DNA of 64,000 bases from Lama glama (taxonomy: Eukaryota). Below the pieces are notes generated by a model, which was not told where the DNA came from, did not search any database, and was given only the letters and a program-made list of their open reading frames with translations. The stretch spans positions 27,716,001 to 27,780,000 of the forward strand of contig CM052818.1 in NCBI GenBank assembly GCA_028534125.1, in the 5' to 3' direction. Numbering within the stretch: position 1 is the first letter of the stretch; every line of letters starts with the position of its first letter. The position numbers and the translations under genes were made by a program. Positions 1-13,889 of this stretch are shown here, piece after piece.

Positions 1-699
1 TATGAAGATACGTAAAATTTCAGATATGCCCAAGTAAACATTAAACAAATGGGAAACATAGAGGTTAAACTATTATACACATAGCATGAAGTAGAAGAGG
101 GAGGGAAAATAATTTTTATATCGATCAGAGTCCAAATCAGTCTGGAAAAATTCAAACCACTCAAGACTAGAAATGCCACAACCTTCAGGATTCATTGCTG
201 TTTACAATAAACATTTCCTTTTGGCTTGTTACATTGAGTTGGGATTTCCAATAATTGTAAAAGTAAATTTTATAAATTTATACTGATAAATTGTTGAGTG
301 AACAAAATTCTGGAACAAAATTTCATTCAAAATTCTGGAAGGTTATGTCAAATGCAACCCATCTAAAGCCAGCTTATATGAATACAATTACTTACATTTG
401 TTTAAGTTACTATTAACATCCTATAGGAATTCAAAGTTCATCTTTCATTAAATGTCACAACTTTAATTAAAACATATCTATGCTAAAATAAAAAATTCTT
501 ATAAGATTTCATTGCTCTAGTTTTAATTTGTTATATTTGGTTCTCTATATCAGATTTGTTACCAGTTATTTGGTTAATGCGATCTGACATCTACTTATAT
601 ATACTAATAAATTTTTAAAGCCCTGAAAAACTGTCATAGTCCCATGAAGTTAAAGAAATGGTTACTGAATGGGGCCCTCTCCTCATTGTTTCCCAAAGG

Positions 700-1060
700 C
701 AAGCCTGTAGTGGGCAGTTAATACTTTATTTGCTAAGCACCCTACCTGCTATCTTACTGAGAACGTCCCCAGGAGTGGAACTGGCAGCTGCTGAGGTCTT
801 GCACAATCTAGGTCCTCCCCTCCTCTTGGATTTTTTTTTCCTGGTAAATGAGTATGCTTATGACTTCCGCTGAGCCTGGGGATTTTTGAAGTTGGAACTA
901 GAGAAAGTAGGGGTCAATTCTCCCTCTGCTGATGAAGCTGTAAGGGTCTTACCAAGTTCATCATCAGTATGGATAATGAGGCTGATGTGCAGAGAAGATA
1001 ACAAGGGGTGATGAGTGAGAATCCTGACGACATCTTTGGTTACTCGAGCCTGATTGCTTA
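700..1060 (+). mobile_element. old MaLR-type LTR remnant (MLT1J/K/L-like)
   Basis: Degenerate resemblance to old MLT1 LTR interior (…gctgatgtgcagaga…aatcctgacgacatc…); termini unclear. Confidence 0.4.
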
Positions 1061-1699
1061 ATATGCAATTGAAATGTGAGTTTCAGTCACTTACGAGGGG
1101 AGATACAGGTAATGGAATCTCCTATAAAGCTTCATTTTTCTTGAGATGAGTTTGGTAGAAAACAGAATGGCTTATCTTGCAGGGTTTAGTAATAGTTGCC
1201 TAGTAGCACTAAATTATGAGTGCTGCTGGTTTAAAGTGCTGAGTGCTTTTGGAGGCATGTTATCCACAGGTTCGTGAAAGAAGGGTTTGCACTCGACGGC
1301 CCAGTTTCAATGGCCCCTAGATGGAAGTTCTCCTCCCACTGTCCTTCGGGACTTTCAGACATTCTAGATTGCTACTTTCCTCCTTCACTGCTGCCCTACC
1401 AATTCTCCCGCACCCTCCTCCTAACCCCTATCCTATCGGTTTGGGGAAGCAGAAGCCCTTCTGAAGCATTAAGGAGCTGCATGACCATGAACTAGCAGCC
1501 TCATTCCATTCAGGACCAAGTTTCCTAATGGACAAAATGGAAGCGGTTGACAAGGTCACTTCTAATATTCCCCTTTATCCCCTTCAGTGGCAAGTCTTTT
1601 AGTGTGAGTAGAACAGCTGGAAATAAAGCTTCAAATATAGACTGGGATTCTGTGCAAATACTTTGCCAGATATGATGAACACTACTCTATGGGAACAAC

Positions 1700-2110
1700 A
1701 ACAACAAAACTATTAAAGGGTTTTTGTTGTAGAATAATCAAATTAATGTAGAGGTAAACTGAAAGAGTGAGAAATTAGGAGTGGCGGGAAAAGGTAGGAG
1801 GCTATTACAAGAAATCAGTAAAGAACTGATGAAAATCTTAACCAAGGAACTATCCGAGAAGATGAGGAACAAATAATATACTTTGGAAATATTTAGTATG
1901 TTTTGACTGGAGGATAAGAATTATAACTTTTGGGATTCTGCATTGTAAACCATTAATTGAAAGGGATTACAAGAGGAGAAGAATGGAGACAATATTTCCA
2001 TTCTTGGAAATGTTGCTTAAGGTACCTACAGAGCACACAGGCAGATAGGCTAACGGCAATAGAGAATCAATTTGGAATTTCTGAGAGACAGTTGAGGATT
2101 CTAGATAGAA
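1700..2110 (-). mobile_element. L2 LINE fragment
   Basis: Purine-rich L2 phrases such as 'gtaggaggctattacaagaaatc' and 'ttggaaatgttgcttaaggtacctacagagcac'. Confidence 0.6.
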
Positions 2111-2409
2111 AATTTTAAATTTTGCTTTCTATGACAACTTCTGGTCTTCACTTCTTTCCTTCCTTGATAGATTCCATTGTTCATACTTATCATAACTTGT
2201 AAATGACCCCAAATTTCAACTCTTCTCACTCCTCTCTCTCACTCAGTTGCCTTGCAAAACAAAACCCTTACCTTAATAAAACCTAAACTCTTTTCATTTC
2301 TCACATCTTTACCTGAGACCTCGTTCTCCCATAACCTTTCTTTGCCACTCCAGTTGGAACTGATTTGCTTTCCAGGACATCTGATGTCTTGGAATCCTGT
2401 TGGATCTCC

Positions 2410-3500
2410 TGTTTGTTGGATCATATTTACTCTTCTTTCTTGATTTAAAGTAGCATGGAAAGTAAATTTCTAAATCTTTCCTTGTGTGAAAATGACTATC
2501 TCACCACCATGATATTTTGACTTGGTTTAGAATTATAGGCTGAAAATCAGTTTTACTCAGAGTTCTGAAGGCTCTGAAGGCGTTTTAGGATCTAGGATTA
2601 CAGCTGAAAACTCTGACATCACTCTGATACCTGTTTCACTGTTTATGACATGGAAGTTCTGTGAAGGGCTACTGAAGTTCACCTGAAGATCTTAGGACCT
2701 TCTCTTTACTCCTTGTCTTCTGAAATTTTACATTGATATGTGGATCTTTTAAAATTTATTTTGTTGGGCATTCTGTGGTCCTTTCAAACTGAAGAGCCAT
2801 TTCCAACAGTTTTGGGAAATTATTCTGTATTATTTTTTGACAGTATCTTTTTGTTCCATTTTCACATTTATCTTTTCCTGAAACTCCTGTAATATGGAAG
2901 AAAAACTTCTTTAAATAATTTTCTAATTATTTTATTTTTCTCTCTATTTCCTTTTATTATGTCTGAAAGATTACTTCGACTTTATCCTCAATTCATTTAA
3001 TTAATTTTTCCATATGATTAATTTTATACTTTCGGACTATTTTTCATTTCAAAACTCATGTTTAAAAAATTTAAATAGCATCTTGTTCTTTTTTATGGGT
3101 GTAATAATTTTCTTACCTTTCCACTTACGTTAGATTTTAAAAAGTGATTATTTTCTCTTTATATTTTCTGTGATTTCCCACTTCTTATTCCTGTTTGTTT
3201 ATTTTATCTCTGATATTCATATTGAGTCTGATCTTCAATTTTGTTTGGCTTATGTGATATTTATAAAACCACAGATTTCACATTTTTTAAAAAAATCAGT
3301 GATTTTTGGCTTCTTTAGAAAAATTGCAAGATTTGAACATACTGGGGCCATATTTTTTTCCTTGGTCAATAGAGATTATACATTTTAGATGGGACATGTA
3401 TTCTAATGGTGTACTGCTGATTCATTTATCTCTCAGGCCCTATAGGCATTTAGGTAGACCACATTCTCCATGGTCCTCTGTCACTCATATGTCTCCAGTC
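2410..3500 (-). mobile_element. old L1 (L1ME-like) fragment
   Basis: T-rich antisense L1 phrases such as 'tttgacttggtttagaattataggctgaaaatc' and 'tttgggaaattattctgtattatttt'. Confidence 0.6.
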
Positions 3501-4589
3501 CACTCAGAAATCCTCTGACTTATACTTCTAGACACAGGGCTTATCTCTGAAGATAATAATATTTGCTTTGTTTTTCTTTCATTAAATCCTCTCCTGTCAC
3601 CAAATCCTTTTGGAATGTAGTTGTTCTTTTAATAAGACAATGAGCACAAGTTTTATGACCACTGAAATCCACCAAAGACAGGTTATTATTTGATGTGTTC
3701 CAAAGACACTCATTAGTAGGGATAATTTAGAATGTTCTATCTTGTAAATCTACTCTTGTACAAATTAAAGAAAATTTATAAAGCTTCAAGTTTCTCATGT
3801 ATCATTTTGTGAAGTTTGAGTCAATTAACACTTTCTAAAGATAGAGCTCTCTTTTTATACGTGGATATTGTGACTTAATTAAATGTTGACAACTTGGTGT
3901 TTATTTATAAAATAGTAAATAAATTTTTTCTTTGTTTTTTAAATAAAAGAATTGATTAATTCAGTAAATGTCCATCATAGTTAAATAAAACAGTATGCCA
4001 TATCTTATGGGAAGACCACTGGACTGATCAAGTCAGAGGAGCTAGATTTCAGTTCATTGACTCATCCTTCAACTACAGACATTGATTGAGCACCTACTGT
4101 GCACCAAGCACTCTTAAAGGTGCTGTAAGCACTCAGTCAACCAAACAGTTAAAGTTTCTGTTTTCAGGGAGCTTATAACACAGTGCGGAGGAAATAGATG
4201 GTAAGCTATACAAACAAATTTGTTAACTTATATTAACCTCATGGTTTTGGGAAAACCATTTTATATTTCTGAGACTGTTTCCCCATGTATAGAAGTTAAA
4301 TGCCAAGCTCTAATTTTCTCTTACATTTACAAGTTAATGTTCTGCTTTAGATTTTAATTTTTTTCAATCATCTAAGAGTCCTGACTGAGTCTGGATGTTG
4401 CATAAGGATAACATATAGTGGAAAAATAACCTCTTGGTGTGGTTTTTCTGAGAAGGCATCTTGAGGAAGAGAAGAGTTTCATGTCGATTTTCAAATTGTC
4501 TGACTGTATGATGGAAATTGCTTTGTATTTTTCTCCAGGAATACTTTATGTTTTAAAAAATATAAGAAAGAAACATTCCATGTTCATTT

Positions 4590-5650
4590 TAACTTAACTG
4601 TGTGTCTTTCATTCAACCATTCAATACATATATTTTACCATCAATTATATGTTGGGCATTAGGAATAGGGCTTAAGAAGAGAGAAATATTTTGTCCTCAT
4701 GAAATCTATATTTTTAAATAGAAAGATTTTTTTCATAAACACAGACAATTAAAAAATATTTCAGGGAGTGATAAATGCTATGATGAAAAGCAAAGTAGGG
4801 AAGGAAGAAAGCAAGCAACGGAAGAAGAAAGGGTTCTATTTGACATGAGTAACAGGAAGACCTCTCTGGGGAGGTAACAGTAAGGTTGGCAGATCAAATA
4901 CAGGATGACCAATTACATTTGGATTTCAGATAAATAACAAAACGCTTTTTAGTATAAATATGTCCAATACAGTATTTGGGATATAATTAAAGTATAAAAT
5001 TCATTGTTTATCTGAAACACAAATTTAACAGGAAATCTTGCATTTTTATTTTCTAATCTGGCAACCTTACATTTAAGCCAAGGCCTGAAAATAGTGAGGA
5101 AACTGTCTGCACATTAGATTCAGAGGGATGGCTTTCAAGATAAAAGAAACAGCAAAGTGCCAAGTCTTGTGGTAGGAATTAGCAAGGCTGTACAAGAAAC
5201 AGCAGGAAAACCAACGTGGTTGGGTTGGATTGAGGGAGGAAGTGAATAGCTGGCTGTGTTGGAGACAGAGGCAGAAGTCCTATCATAGAGGTCCTTTAGG
5301 CCATTGTAAATAATTTGGATTTCACTTGATAGAAAGCCATCAAAAAGTTCTGGGTGAGGAATGATGAGGCCTAATTTAAGTTTAAAGAGACCACTTGGCT
5401 GCTATATGAACAAATTATGCAAGGGCAAGAGATGAAGCAGGAACACTTGTTGGGAAGCTAATGAAACAGACGATGGCCAGGATGGTGGTTTGGAATTGGG
5501 CATTAGCAGTGGGGATGGTGCACCAAGGTCTGAGTTGGGTTATGTTTCAAAAGAAGAACCACAGGCCTTGCTGGTAAATTGTGGGGTATGTGAAAAAGAT
5601 GAACCAGGGATGCTTTGTCTTTGGCCTGAGCAACAGGATAACTGATCATA
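4590..5650 (-). mobile_element. L2 LINE fragment interrupted by MER53
   Basis: Begins with the L2 3' tail in antisense (tcattcaaccattcaat) and contains L2 body phrases 'gataaatgctatgatgaaaa', 'gaggtaaca…catttaagc', 'ttggcctgagcaacagg'. Confidence 0.75.
4881..5069. mobile_element. MER53 palindromic hAT MITE
   Basis: Terminal inverted repeats taaggttggcagat…atctggcaacctta; internal arms 'tttcagataaataacaa' / 'ttgtttatctgaaa'; resembles the recalled MER53 consensus over the full length. Confidence 0.9.
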
Positions 5651-5829
5651 AGCAAGTTTTATGACAAGTAAAAGGAAGTAAATTAAATTTGCTTAAGCAG
5701 TTGTTTATTGAAACAAACACAAACACACACTCACCCCGCCTTGCACATTCCTTGCCATGGTTATCAAACCACCTCACTGTTCTAATACATGACTTATCAT
5801 CATCATTATCCACATTGTATACTGAGCAA

Positions 5830-6010
5830 TATTACTCGCCTATTAAATCTATTACTCAGTTAAGTGTGATTTAGTTACTATTATTATAATGGTTCTCTTA
5901 TTACAGACAAGGAAAATGGAGCTCAAAGAGATTAAATAACTGTCCCCAAGAGATACAGCTAGCAAATGGTGAAGCATAGCTCTAAAGACAACCTGCCAGA
6001 CTTCAAAACT
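5830..6010 (-). mobile_element. MIR SINE
   Basis: 'ttacagacaaggaaaatggagctcaaagagattaaataactgtccccaagagatacagctagcaaatgg' is the antisense MIR core. Confidence 0.85.
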
Positions 6011-6049
6011 TTCCCTCAACAGCTGAGTTTTGCAAAAACAAAGAAGGAA

Positions 6050-6850
6050 AAAGACAAATATGTTTTGAATCATTGTGAATATAAAAAATATTCATCCAAC
6101 TTTTATACTTTATTCAACTATTTCAAAAGAACTTGAAATTTTTATTATGAAAAGTGAGGAACAAATATGAAAAAAACTTTACTAAGTGACAAAACAGAAG
6201 ACTTGGCAAATTAAGGATCAGATGTTTGTTCTTAGATGGGAAAACTAAAATTATAAAGAAGTCAGTGTTTTAAATTAATTTATAGTTCAGTTCCCATCCA
6301 AATCGTATATAATAATACACACAACACCCACACTTATGTGTATATACATATATATTTATGTACAACCTATGTGCTTATTGGTGTTATTTCAATAAATCAT
6401 CAAACTACAATCTAACTTTATCAAGAATAAGGAGAGAAAGCAGAAATATAGAACACAGGAAATAAAGTTAAAGTATGATGAGAAACAGTAGAAATTAGAA
6501 GACTCCTAAGAGATTAACTTTTTTCCCCCAGATCTATTCATACATATATGAAAATGCTGTTGACATAAAAAGATTCCCAAGCTATGTGTTTATTGATGAG
6601 AGCAAAGGGGGGAACAGGAAAAATTATAATTTTTGGTTTGTAAAAAGGCAGAAAACAAGAAAGTAAATTCATATTCACTATTATTTGAATACTCTGAAAG
6701 GATACTTTCATTTGAAACTCTCAGAAGATACACAGGACACTGAATCACTGTACCTGGGTGAGAGGCAGGGGTGATGGGAAGACTTTCCACTACATAACTT
6801 TCACTTTGAACAATGTGAATGTATCACCAAGTCAAACTTTCAAGAAATAA
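6050..6850 (+). mobile_element. old L1 fragments (ORF2 and 3'UTR pieces)
   Basis: 'gaagacttggcaaattaagga…agatgggaaaactaaaattataaagaagtcag' and L1ME-like 3'UTR 'gaagactttccactacataac'. Confidence 0.55.
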
Positions 6851-8781
6851 TATTAACATGCTACATTTTGGAAACTGAAGGGCAATTACTTCTGTTTGTG
6901 TGTCTCTGAAAAAGGCACGCTTTGAGCACTGACCATACAAAATTTGACTGGTTTTACTCTAAAGCTGTCTTGGTTAGGAAGCATATGGTTTTGATCAAAT
7001 AAATCTCTGGATGATTTTTATAAGTCTTTCATCACCTATTGATTCTGAAGAAAAAGTCCTTTTGACATCATAGCCTGTGTTCGGTCCAATTCCGTATTAC
7101 TAGCTTGATTTCGTTTCTCATCATCTCTAAAGCAATTTGCCTCCACGTCTGAGCAGGGTTTCAGTTCAGAGATAAAACAGAACAATTATTAACTAAATCT
7201 GATGCATTGTTTACTCAGTTCTTCTTCTTAGTCTCTGAATCTAAGGTTCTGTGTTCAATTTATTTAAAAAAAGGAATATAAATCTCTCTAGACTTAATGC
7301 TTTGAACATTGCATTTAAGACGGTTCTACATGTTTAATCATTTTTTTCTATTCCATAACAAGCTGCAAAATAGGTTTTAATAAGTTTTAACAAACTTGAT
7401 CACATTGTTCTCCAGAGCTATTATATTTTGCATAATTCACTCTGTAATTCTGATAACTGACTAGTATTTGTAATTTATTCAGGACAATTTCCCTTTCATA
7501 CATTTTTATTGACAATATATTTTTTATCCACATACCCTCTCATTTTACTTTGTCAATATTATGCTTGGCTGAATTTGGGGATTATACAGTTCATCTTATT
7601 TATTTTTACTTTTATCTTCCATCCAACGAAAGTTGATAGTTGGGAAGATTATTATTATTTTTAATGTTTCTTTCTTTGAATAACAGAGAAATCATTCTCA
7701 CTATGTTCCAAACCCTTCTTTCCTATAGGGATTCTTTATTTCTCAGCTCCATTTCCAACATGCTAGCTCCTAATGCTTCTAAATTTCATCTAGGGGTAAT
7801 AATCACTAGTTCTTGAAAGCTGATAGCATTTGTAAGACATGAGAAAAACTCTTAAGCAGCTGATTACATTGACAGAGAGAACAATTTCTATTCTACAGTT
7901 CATTTCAAATACTGATGGCACTGTAAGTCTTCTCTGCTCAATATTAGAAATAATCTAAAAATTGTTTTTAGATGTTGTAACATAAAATGTCTTTTGGAGA
8001 CCTCTCTTTGCTATGGAAGATATAGGATCCCAGTGGTTTTTATCTCGCATAGATACCATGATGATTATGATGATATAAGGATTTGCTAAGTATGATTTTC
8101 AGAGAAATTTGTCTCTTTTGAAAGAAAACATAGTGAGGTCATTTAATGAAATCCTCAGGGTGTTTGGATTTGGATTATATGGTTGCCATAATAGAGACAG
8201 ACATAAAGCATGGTGTCAGTAGCAGAGGCATCTCCCCTACACTGGAAGGGAACGATGTCAGAGGAGGCTTTGCAGAGAAGGTGACTTGAATGGATCATAA
8301 AAGGATGTGGAGGAGTTTGCCTAGTGGAGAAGGTATGAAGGGCGATGAAGTACATACAGAGGTAAGTGCTGTGTATAAAAGCAGGGAGGCATGAAACACT
8401 CTGGTACTTTAGGGCAAACAGATGAAATATTATGAGATATTGGGGAGAATAACTGAAGATGGAGGAATTCAGCCACATCAGGGGCAAATCAAAGAGGTCC
8501 TAGTCACCCATTCTAAAGATTCTGAAAATTATTTTTGTAGCCATTTTTGATAATTAAAAATAATAGTAAATCTGCATTAATTTTAACCTTAGATTGGGAC
8601 TTACACTGTCTTAGAGAAACAACTAACTCTGTATTAGAGTTCACAAGCCAGGTGCTAGAAAAAGTATAGACACATCAATTGAAAGTAATCTCCATCTGAG
8701 TGTCCACTTTTTCACCTTCCATTCACTCCTCCAAGTGTGACTTAGCTGTTTCCACCACAGCATCACAGTCATTTAGGTCAC

Positions 8782-9129
8782 TGCTACAGACTCAATGCCT
8801 GTGTTGCTCCAGATTTATACACTCAAATCCTAACCCTCAACGTCGTGGTGTTAGGAGATAGGAACTCTTGGGTCACAAGGTGGCAACCCTCATGAATGGG
8901 GTTAGTGCCTTTACAAGAAAAGACACGAGAGAGTTTTTCTCTCTCTCATCTTCTCCATATGAAGAAGCATGAAGATGGTCATCTGCAAACCAGGAAGAGG
9001 GCCAGCACCAGACTCCAACCATGCCTGCACCCTGATCTTAGACTTCCCAGCCTCCAGAACTGTCAGAAGTAAATGTTTGTTGTGTCAGTCTTTGCTAATT
9101 TGTTATAACCACCTAAACTGACTAACAGA
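8782..9129 (+). mobile_element. MLT1A-like MaLR solo LTR
   Basis: TG start; hallmark phrases 'aaatcctaaccctcaa', 'ccctgatcttagacttcccagcctccagaactgt'; 5-bp TSD GTCAC at 8777-8781 and 9130-9134. Confidence 0.9.
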
Positions 9130-9134
9130 GTCAC

Positions 9135-10010
9135 TAATGAACTATATTTCTAAATTCAACACATATATTTCAGCTTTGTTCTTGTTTGATCATTTGGGAA
9201 CATTTAGCATTGTATGCCACTATCTGCTTCTTTAAATTCTCTCTTCTTACGTCTTCCTAAATGCTCTACACCTCTGATTTTCCTTGTGTCTATGGTCCCT
9301 CATTTCAGTCTACTTTAGAAGCTCTACTCTTTTCAAACTTTAAATTTTGACCTTCTTGGGGTCCTTTTCTCTTTTCACCATGCCCTCTCTATAGGGGCAA
9401 GTCTATTTACTTCCATGATTTTAATTACAGTTAATATTTGTATGCAAGTGATCTCTAAATATTTATCTCCATCTCAATTTCCCTCTTGAGATTCAGATTA
9501 TATTTTTTTCTCAGTGTTTCTACTAGGACATGCAGTAATTCAGGCTCAATGTGATCAAATGTGAAATCATTATCTTCCTCCCCATAACTCTTCCTGATTT
9601 TGGAAATGTTATGTTCCTCCACTCAGCTGTTCAAGCCTAAAAATTACATGCCATCCAAGATTCCTTTTCTTATGTTCCACAGCTGGGCCTATTGATTGTA
9701 CCTCTTCAATGTTTATTTAATCTCTTTGCCTCTTTCCTTTCTCACTGCCATTAGCCAAGTCCAGGCCACCAAAAAGTCTAGCCTGGCTATTGCTGTAGCT
9801 TCTCTACTTCCACCACAGTGCCCACAGCGATTTTTTAAAATGTTACCTAATCACATCTCTCTCATGGATAAAACCCTTCAGTGGTTCCATATTTTCTCTG
9901 TAATTATGCCCATGCTTCACCCTAAAAGTACTTATCAAACAAATTGTAATTGCTCATTTCACTGGGTATTTATTCTACTGGGCCATAAATTATTGTTTAT
10001 ATAATAGAAA
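9135..10010 (+). mobile_element. L2 LINE fragment (host of the MLT1A insertion)
   Basis: Pyrimidine-rich L2 phrases 'ctctaaatatttatctcc', 'agccaagtccaggccacc', 'aaaacccttcagtggttcc'; continues left of the LTR at about 8700-8780. Confidence 0.75.
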
Positions 10011-10896
10011 CAAATTAAGATGGTATCCTGTATACACAGGTAATGAGGGATATATTCCAGTCTACTAGTCAATGTGTGCTATAGTCTCTCAACTGTAATG
10101 GTTTCTGTAGAAAGAGGACTAGAAACTAGTTTTTACCCTCTCTAATTTTATTGTCTGGCTGGGAGCAAGACAACTTGTAAGGTATGAATTAAACAAAAGC
10201 CATTCAGCAATAAATTATGTAGCACTGCCTGTAAGTGAAGAGATGAGGAGAGAGAAATCCAAGCTAAAATATTTGAAGAAATTTCACCAGAAATGAGGTT
10301 GGAGGAAGGGCTTAGAAAATAAGTAGAATTTGATAACATGAAAGAAGAATAGAGTTTATTTCACAGAAGGAGAATATTGCATAAAAATTTAAAAACCAGA
10401 AATAAAACAAGTTTTTCTTTTTTAAGGATAAATAAGCATATCAGTAAACTTGCATAAACTTAAAACTTGCATGGAATTTCAACTGCCTTAGAGAAACAAG
10501 GTAACATTTATCAGTAAATTCTTCCCCCTGGTAACAATTATTTATCTTGGTTCCTAGTGATGGTTAGGGGTGGCTGAAGAAGACAATGTCTTGGTTTTTA
10601 TCTCTGTGTAGGCTGCCTTAGTTCCAATGGCCAAAACCATGCCTTCCTCATACTTGGCCAGCTCTACTGCAAAGGCATATCCTCAGAGGTGGGGTGCTGG
10701 TTGCTGTTTAAAAGACATAGGCAAATAGGTGGGTTGAGAGTTTGTCTTTCTTATGAGTCTTTAGAGGGACCACTCTGGTTCTGACCTACTAATCAATTAA
10801 GGTCCTATGATTTAACTCTTTCATTGTCAACAACTGCAAGTCAAGAACAGATCTACTTACTTTTCCTTGAGAAAATGTCATGTGCTAATAAGTGAT

Positions 10897-11290
10897 TGTA
10901 CAGACTGAACTGTGTCTTTTCCCACCTCAAATCATGTGTTGAGGTCCTAACCCCAGTACACCACAAAGTTGACTGTATTTGGATACAGGGTCTTTAAATA
11001 GGTAACTAAATTAAAATGATGCTGTTAGAAGAAACCCTAATCTAATATGACTGGTATCTTTATTGGAAGAGGAAATTTGGATACAGACGTTATTAAAGGG
11101 AAGACCACATGAAGACACAGGGGGAAGACAGCCATCCTCAAGCCAGGGAGAGAGGCCTTAGGAAAAATCAACCGTGTTGACACCTTGATCTCAGGCTTCT
11201 AGCCTCCAGCATTGTAAGAAATACATTTCTGTTGTTTATGGCTCCAGGTCTATGGTATTTTGTTATGGCAGTCCTAGAAAACTGACAACA
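10897..11290 (+). mobile_element. MLT1B-like MaLR solo LTR
   Basis: TG…CA termini; 'gtcctaaccccagta', 'gacaccttgatctcaggcttctagcctccag'; flanks gtgat/ctgat form a degenerate 5-bp TSD. Confidence 0.9.
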
Positions 11291-12321
11291 CTGATAAACA
11301 GTAGATTTTTGGCTTTCTAAGCAAATTTCCAACAAATAGCTAGGATAGTGCTCTTGCTACACACCTTTAGGATAATAATCTTTAAGTAACTTTAAAGTGA
11401 ATAATAATATTTTTTGTTAGGGTCAATAAAATAAAAATGTGATATTTAATACTAACTTACAGTTGCACATGAACTTTCAGATGCTGCTTTACTGAAGGAC
11501 TATTAATATAGTAAAATGCACCCTATTGTAAGTAATATGATGTGGTCTTGTGTGCATGTTATGTTATTGCATATTCTGGTACAATCTAGAACTTATTTTT
11601 AAGAAAGAGATCAGAAAAACGCTGCTTGAAATAGATATAAGCCACAGATGATAAACTTCTTTTATGTTACCCACGGATGTTAAATGGATCGTACAGTAAT
11701 GTGAAAGTGCCAATCCTATTTTTAAGGTTGAAAAAGTCATTTCCATTTAAAACTCCTATTTTCTCTTCCTCATATATATTTTTTAAACTCCCATTTGCTG
11801 AATCCTCATGCTTCATCTCCATTTCAGCCACATATAGTGAAGTTACACAAAAATTCATTGGGCCGATTCTGAGACATCCAAATGTGAAAGGGCATTTGTC
11901 AGTTCGAGGAAGTTTTTGAAACCAATTAATTTGAAGATTTTGATCATTCAGAATGGGTTTGGCCTTTATGTAATGCTTTTACTTGAAATGATTTGGATTA
12001 TCAGGAGCAAACGTATAGCCTGTTGAAAGAGTTGCCCTGACCGCGGGGATGGGCACTGGCTCGTGCACGGTGCTGTCCCAGTGGCCTCCCCAGTGTTTCT
12101 CCTGGTGTGCACCAGCAGCTGTGAAACACCATCCACAGCAGGGCTGGCAGCTCAGGTGCCCTTCCTGGGCTGGCTGTTACTCCAGGCAGCTCAGTTCTTC
12201 CCCCTGAGGCTCACTCAGAGCTTCTAAACTTACAATTAATTTTCTCACTCACAGTTTCCATTGTACCACACAAGACACTTTGGTTGAGTTATTTTGTGGA
12301 AATGAAGGCATGCAGACTCAA

Positions 12322-12352
<31 letters not shown>
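12322..12352. repeat. (CA)n microsatellite
   Basis: Direct inspection. Confidence 0.95.
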
Positions 12353-12353
<1 letters not shown>

Positions 12354-12999
12354 AAACATACAGCCACAGCATTTAGAATCATTAGGATGCGACAGGCTTA
12401 TAGTATAAGCACTGTCTTGTGAAACAGGGAACAAGTATCTAGAGGCTGATTAGACAAAAAGGGGGTGAGATGGGAGAAGCACTTCCCAAATAGGTCCCAA
12501 CTGACAGTAGCCCAAGAGGGACTTGGCACTGAGCTTGATGCAATTTGCATATTTACACTCATACTTCTTAATGCAGGATCTTTCTTCGCTTGCTTTCTCA
12601 CTTACTTTCACTCTTTCTGTCTCCAAAAATGTAGCATGCACTTATAATAGTAAATATTGTGAAAATACAGAGTATAAGGTAGAAAATATACTCATTTCTA
12701 CAAATCTATTTCGATCTATCTCTCTGAATCCACCTATTTATAACATAATTTGTCTCAAACTAAATATATCTAGTTTTACATTATCATGTTTGAAGTGTAT
12801 TATGAGCATTTAACGTTTTATTAAATAATTTTTTAAGAATTAGCTATGTAATGATCATTTTATTTTTTGTTATTTTTTATCACTTTTTACATTGAAATAA
12901 ATAAGTTGTTTCAGTTTAATTTTGTTTTGCTTTGCTATATAATTAACTCTGAATAATACACCTGTTGAAACAAGTGCCTGAAAAATTCAGAACTGAACA

Positions 13000-13256
13000 A
13001 TGACTGGCAGGTGTCTGGATGTGACTGCACAGGAACTTTGGTGGAACAACTCTGAGACGTGACGCCCCCTCCAGAGTTTCCCTGAGGGATTAGCTGAAGC
13101 TTTACCTGCAATTGCTCCCTTGCTTTGCTTCCTCTCTTTTCCTGCTCCTGCTTCTTCTACTTACTGATCACTTTCCCTTAAGAGCATTTCCTTAATAATT
13201 CACTTGCAATAAATCCTTGTCCTGTGGTCTACTGATTAAGAACTTGACCTAAGACA
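13000..13256 (+). mobile_element. LTR16-family (ERVL) LTR 3' portion
   Basis: 'acaactctgag…ccagagtttccctgagggattagctgaag…aataaatcc…gaacttgacctaagaca' ending in CA. Confidence 0.75.
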
Positions 13257-13889
13257 TCTTTTCATAAATCTGATTATTCTCATAAGATAATATCTTAGAC
13301 ATTTTCAATTATAGAGTATATGTCTTTTTAAAGTGTTTGACAGATACTGCTAAATTTCCATCTAGAAAAGTATAGAACTAAGTTTCAGCCATCAATTCAT
13401 GCATGCTCCTTCCAGTGCATCCTCTGATCATTTGAATAAATCTTTGTCTTGTTGGAAGCAAAGGATATTTCATTGACATAATTATTTGGGGGCTCTTTGA
13501 TGAGCAGTTTCTGAAAAGAATTTTGTCATACTCTTTTATACTTTCATATGGCTACACTATCAAACTTCTGACAGTTGCTCAGAGAAGTAGGCACTGAGCC
13601 AGCTCCCTTTCTCTCAATAGTTTTACCTTCTCTGGAGATGGAGGTGGACCCCTACTGGCCTATTTGCGTTGTGTGAAGACCCTGATCCCTACAACAGATG
13701 ACGAAGCTTGGAGCTGGTATTCAGTTGACCTGGGCCCATCAAATTCTCTCTTCTGTGAATACAAAATGGGGGTTTAAAGCCAGAAATTCTAAACAGTCAA
13801 AGGGACTTAAAAAATCTTTTTAGGAGTGTAACTATACTTATAGCAGAGCCCCAAAAAGGTGATCCAGTTGCTTAAATAGAAGAAACAGA

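Noticed and set aside
303..340. Repeated caaaattctggaa resembling a spaced repeat array
   Set aside because: Two copies and a partial one in eukaryotic AT-rich DNA; a local micro-duplication, not CRISPR
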